DNA of 57,554 bases, filler included, from Dugesia japonica (lineage: Eukaryota): assembly GCA_001938525.1 (NCBI GenBank). It is 6 parts of 6 records of this genome, joined end to end, with 100 filler letters (N's around TTAATTAATTAA, not from the genome) between each part and the next. Parts side by side here need not be neighbours in the genome. Positions count along the whole stretch, not along the records: positions 47,586 to 57,554 come from MQRL01648147.1; 5 more parts are not named here. One strand, given 5' to 3'. The notes below the pieces were generated by a model that was given only the letters and a program-made list of their open reading frames with translations, was not told where the DNA came from and searched no databases. This document shows, piece after piece, positions 53,301 to 57,554 of the stretch (within the stretch, counting starts at the first letter, position 1; every line of letters begins with the position of its first letter). Made by a program: the position numbers and the translations under genes.

Positions 53301-55048
53301 GTTTTGAAACGATTGGAGCGGTATTATCTCAAAAAGACAATCAGGGTAAGGAAAGAGTGATAGCTTATGGATCGCATGCAATGTCGGCACAGGAAAAAGG
53401 CTATTGTATTACCAGAAAGGAATTATTGGTGGTGTACTATTTCTGTGTACATTTTAAACATTATCTTTATGGACGGAAATTTACATTAAGGTCAAATCAC
53501 AAAGCAATAACGTTTATGTTGACGACTAAAAAATCAATAACATCGCAGTTTCAGACTTGGATCAATTACTTAAGCAGTTTAGATATGGTACTGGAGTATA
53601 GGAAAGGCATTCTTCACAGCAATGCAGATATGTTATCAAGACCAGGTTGTGAGCCATGTGTTTAATGTCAAACAATACATGAGGATGCAATGAAAAGAAA
53701 GATTAAAACTAGAACGTTGAATGAAATTTCAGAAGATTGGGATATAAAACTAAGAAACGAAACAGATAGAGATAAGACAAACACAAAAATTTGGATTGTA
53801 GAAGAACAAATGAAAGATAAGATTCAAGAGATACATAAGTTGTTGTGTCACGCAGGTGTGGAAATAACACAAGAATATATGAAGAATATGTTTTAAGGAC
53901 CACAGTTGAGACAACGGGTTCTGGAAGTTGTACGTAGCTGTGAAATCTGTCAGAGAACTAAAGCAGAGGCCGTGGCTTTGAAAGAAGTTACAATGAAATT
54001 GGAGATGTTTAGTTGTTTTGAGGTAGTGTATGTAGATATTTGTGGACCATGGAGAGAGAAAAAAGCAGAAAGAAAAATTTACTGAGAATGATTGATCAGT
54101 ATAGTAAGTATATAGTACTGGTAGCATTATCACGTCAAGATGAAGGAGCAATTGTAGAGTCAATTTTTAAGAATTGGATCTTGCGTTTCGGATGCCCCAG
54201 AGTGTTGCGATCAGATTGTGGAAAGGTATTTGAATCAAAGGTTATGAAAGAATTCGGAGAGAAATTCAATATCAGATTACAAATATTAAGCTCGTATCAT
54301 CATAATACAAACGGACAGATCGAGAGACAATTTTGTACTATACGAGAGTGGTTGATGTCTACAATGAAAGAAAGAGGGACAACAGACTGGACAGATATTC
54401 TACCAGAAATAGAATTTGCTATAAACGCAACGAAACAAAGACTAAACAAATGAGTCCTGCACAGCTAGTATTTGGAAGACATATTAGTAGAGAAAGATGG
54501 TATACGGATCAGCGTACTTATATTTTAAAGAGAGGAGATAAATTGAAACAAAAAGACAGTGCAAAATAAGGGATCGGGTTTTAGTCAAAGCAGAAGTCAG
54601 AGATAAGAATCAGGACAGATTTGTTAGGCCATATCAAGTCATCGCGAAGGTTCATGGGAGAAGATATGTTCTAGAAGCGTAGAACGGCAAGCAGATCGAG
54701 AGAAATATAGAAAAAATTAAAAAAATTCTTAAATGAGGGGGATATAAGGGAAACTTTTAGAAAAAATTTAAAAAGGGAATTTTTCATTTGTTTGAATATT
54801 TTAGTTTTGAAAAGGTTTTTGGCGACAATTTGGATTTGGAGAATATTGGATTATAAAGTAAATTTTGTATATTTTTATAACATTTTACTATTTTATTGTA
54901 ATTGATTTGTAATTTAATTAAGTTGTAATTGATTTGTAAATAATAAATATATTTTATTCTAAAGATCTTCAATTGTTTTCAGTTATTTTTGTTGTAATGA
55001 ACACAAAAGAAAAAGAAAATATTATTAATGAGGTGCGTATTCCTCACA
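50317..55048 (+). mobile_element. Full-length but inactivated Ty3/gypsy LTR retrotransposon
   Basis: LTRs 50317-50635 and 54743-55048, TSD TTTAT, PBS TGGTGGCAGCGG, PPT gaggggga; gag knuckles, LLDTGA, YLDD, TDAS, HHCC and D,D-E integrase; several stops and frameshifts. Confidence 0.95.
50636..50647 (+). promoter_or_regulatory. Primer-binding site, probably tRNA-Leu
   Basis: TGGTGGCAGCGG immediately after the LTR CA is complementary to ...CCGCUGCCACCA. Confidence 0.7.
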
Positions 55049-56487
55049 TTTATTTTTCTACTTCAACTCTAAATTTNNNNNNNNNNNNNNNNNNNNNNNN
55101 NNNNNNNNNNNNNNNNNNNNNNNNNNNNNNNNNNNNNNNNNNNNNNNNNNNNNNNNNNNNNNNNNNNNNNNNNNNNNNNNNNNNNNNNGTATGTTTCCTG
55201 TATTTAATTATTCGTTTATTATGGAATGATATACCAAATATCCAAATTGTTTTTACATTAAATAAATAACAATAAAGTTCAAAACTACTATTATTCAAAA
55301 AGTAATACTTCCCTGATTTCAATCAAATATTGTAATAAAGTAGGTAGATAGTAGCGCATCACCCCAATTTTTTAAAGCAGTTATCGTGCAATCCCCGCGC
55401 CTTTGCGTTGCTAAATGGATTTTAAAAAGTAGATCAAGTTGAGTTTGTGTGTGTGGTTGTGTGTGTGAAAGAATGGTTTTGGGCTCGAAGGGGAGCTGGA
55501 GATCTTAGAAATAATTTTTTGGGGGTTTTTAAGCTTCGATTGTTGTTTGAAACAAATTTGGTCTACACATTGTCTAAAGGACTTATGGGGTGGGATGGAT
55601 GGATTTGACTAGAAGGGTAGTAGCGCCATGTCACAATCGTATGAGTTTTCGTGGCTTGTTTTTCGGGAGGCTGTTAGTTTGTAGTAGGTTATTGGATTTA
55701 GATGGTTGATGTGTTGTTGGAAAGGTAATGTGATGGGAAATATTGGGGATGTCGATTGTGCCAGAATTTTGGATTTTAAGGGCTTTAATTTAATTAGTCG
55801 ATATTTGTAAGTAGTATAAGTGTGTTAAAATGTTTTTTCGGGATCTCATTAGCGATGCAATGTTTCTATAAAAAATATATTAGCATTGTAATTTTTAATA
55901 AAAAACATATTAGCGTTGCAATTTTTAATAAAAGTCTCATAGTTGTTGAAATTTTTAATAAAAAATCTTATTAGCTGAGAGCATTCCTTTACAAAATGAT
56001 AAAAACATTGAACGTTTTTCATAAATTCATGGAACCTTTCCATATATAACTAATAAGTCTATATAAAAACTTATAAGTAAATATTTTTATGATTGTATAG
56101 TGTTAATGAGTATATAGGGTTTATGAGTATATTATTTACATAATTACCTTGTATTATTTACATAAAAACAATGTATTATATAGTTTATGGGAGTTTTTTT
56201 ACATATCAACCATGTAATAAAATTTCACCATACAAAATGCATACAAAATGCATGCAAAACGCTTGCTTGCGTCATGTTCATGAATATTTTAGATAACAAA
56301 TCATATCCTTTAAAAGAAAATACACCCAATCATTTAAATGAAAATTAATAATAACCATTCATTTCCTTTAAAACATGTAACGATCAATAAAAACTAACAA
56401 ATATNGAGTATGTATGTATCGCAGCAAGTATATAAACTGCAGGTTTCGTAAAATAAGTCTCCTTTACAATTCAAAGTTATTATCAAA

Positions 56488-56802
56488 ATGAACCAAATTG
56501 AAAAAGGAATTAAACAAATTTCAGATCCAATTACCATTGGATCAGTTGGCGAAATGAATCAAGGGAAAAGGTAAATTAAAAAATTTGCAGATGACATTAC
56601 CAGTGGATCCGTTGATGACATTCAATTCCTAAGAAGGATTGACAATGATCTATTGAGAAAACATGAGTATGTTGAACTCATTGTCCGATCACTATATATG
56701 GATAAAATTAAGGAAGAATTGAAGATCCAAAAGAGAACTAAATTTATTGCTGTAACTTTATTGACATCCATTGTGATATTTTATTTATTTGGTCGGAATT
56801 AA
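56488..56802 (+). pseudogene. Second copy of the tandem-BH3-like tail-anchored gene (nonsense at codon 29)
   Basis: MNQIEKGIKQISDPI...R*IKKFADDI...LLRKHEYVELIVR...FIAVTLLTSIVIFYLFGRN; same length, 73/104 residues identical to 18379-18693 by hand count. Confidence 0.85.
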
Positions 56803-57000
56803 TGTAGATATTATTATTTTGTTGTTTAATAAATGGATTTGAATAATAATTTGGTTTCTTTCTTGCATTATTTATATAAAAAACTTATATAGTAATATAG
56901 GATTTATTTACATAATAACCATGTAATATGAAGTAGTAATGTAAATGCATGAACATGTTATGTAAAATACAATTTTTCATTTTTGTAATATTATGAAAAG

Positions 57001-57549
57001 TTACCTATTTTGTTTATATATTGTAATACCATTTAGATTGAATATATTTGTTCTTACCCTATAATCATCTGGACATTGTTGTATAAAGTCAAGAAATAGA
57101 TATCCATGTTGTTTTTCCGTGGCATCTTCAAATGATTCAAGAAGAAATTGTCTGTTATTTGGATATGCTTGTCTTGCTAAAAAATCAACAACAGTCTGAT
57201 CTCTAGGAATTTTGAATAGAACCAAATATTATACGTTTAAATTACAGGTTCTATGACTGCCCCCTTGNNNNNNNNNNNNNNNNNNNNNNNNNNNNNNNNN
57301 NNNNNNNNNNNGTCTTGATATCTTTGTGAATAAATTATTTAAATCTTTTTCTTTATGTATCTCCTGATACAGATCATCAACAAAAATAACATCCTCTGGT
57401 CTTAATATTTTGCTCCAATTAGAATCAAAAGCATTTATAACTTTCATTTTAATATTACAAAATTCAGATTTAGTCAGTCCATGTTCCTCATCTACACCTC
57501 TATGCAAGTATAAGTTTTTAAATTTTGACTTGAATAACTTTGATTTCAA
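57001..57549 (-). pseudogene. Polinton A32-like packaging ATPase (C-terminal part)
   Basis: Walker B VIFVDD, LFTKISR, RTCNLN, LFKIPRD, LARQ, DAT..HGYLFLD, RVRTNIF; one in-frame stop at 57229. Confidence 0.9.
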
Positions 57550-57554
57550 TAATT

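Larger units (their letters stand above)
55339..57554. mobile_element. Polinton end: terminus, TIR, small BH3-like gene and ATPase
   Basis: AGTAGGTAGATAGT terminus, TIR homologous to the 14227 element, ATPase inside. Confidence 0.85.

Overview
Very AT-rich eukaryotic draft sequence, most likely a flatworm/planarian-type genome (inferred from the 18S fragment, a 51-nt intron and the TE repertoire; not proven). Contigs are joined by artificial N-TTAATTAATTAA-N linkers at about 8.3, 20.8, 29.2, 38.7 and 47.5 kb, so long-range order is unreliable. The window is dominated by decayed mobile DNA. It holds several Polinton/Maverick pieces (protease, major and minor capsid, chromo-integrase tail, pPolB, packaging ATPase, AGTAG-type termini with long repeat-rich TIRs), five Ty3/gypsy copies (one full-length with LTRs, PBS, PPT and TSD), Penelope-like fragments with a minimal hammerhead ribozyme, mariner/hAT remnants and a degenerate 18S fragment. 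Host exons include a Bak-like Bcl-2 family gene and an iGluR-like exon. The main candidate novelty is a 104-aa Polinton gene next to the TIR, with two tandem BH3-like motifs and a C-terminal tail anchor. It occurs twice: intact as the only evident gene of a TIR-bounded non-autonomous derivative, and with one nonsense change beside the ATPase of another copy. This suggests a transposon/virus-borne BH3-only-like apoptosis modulator, which remains an inference.
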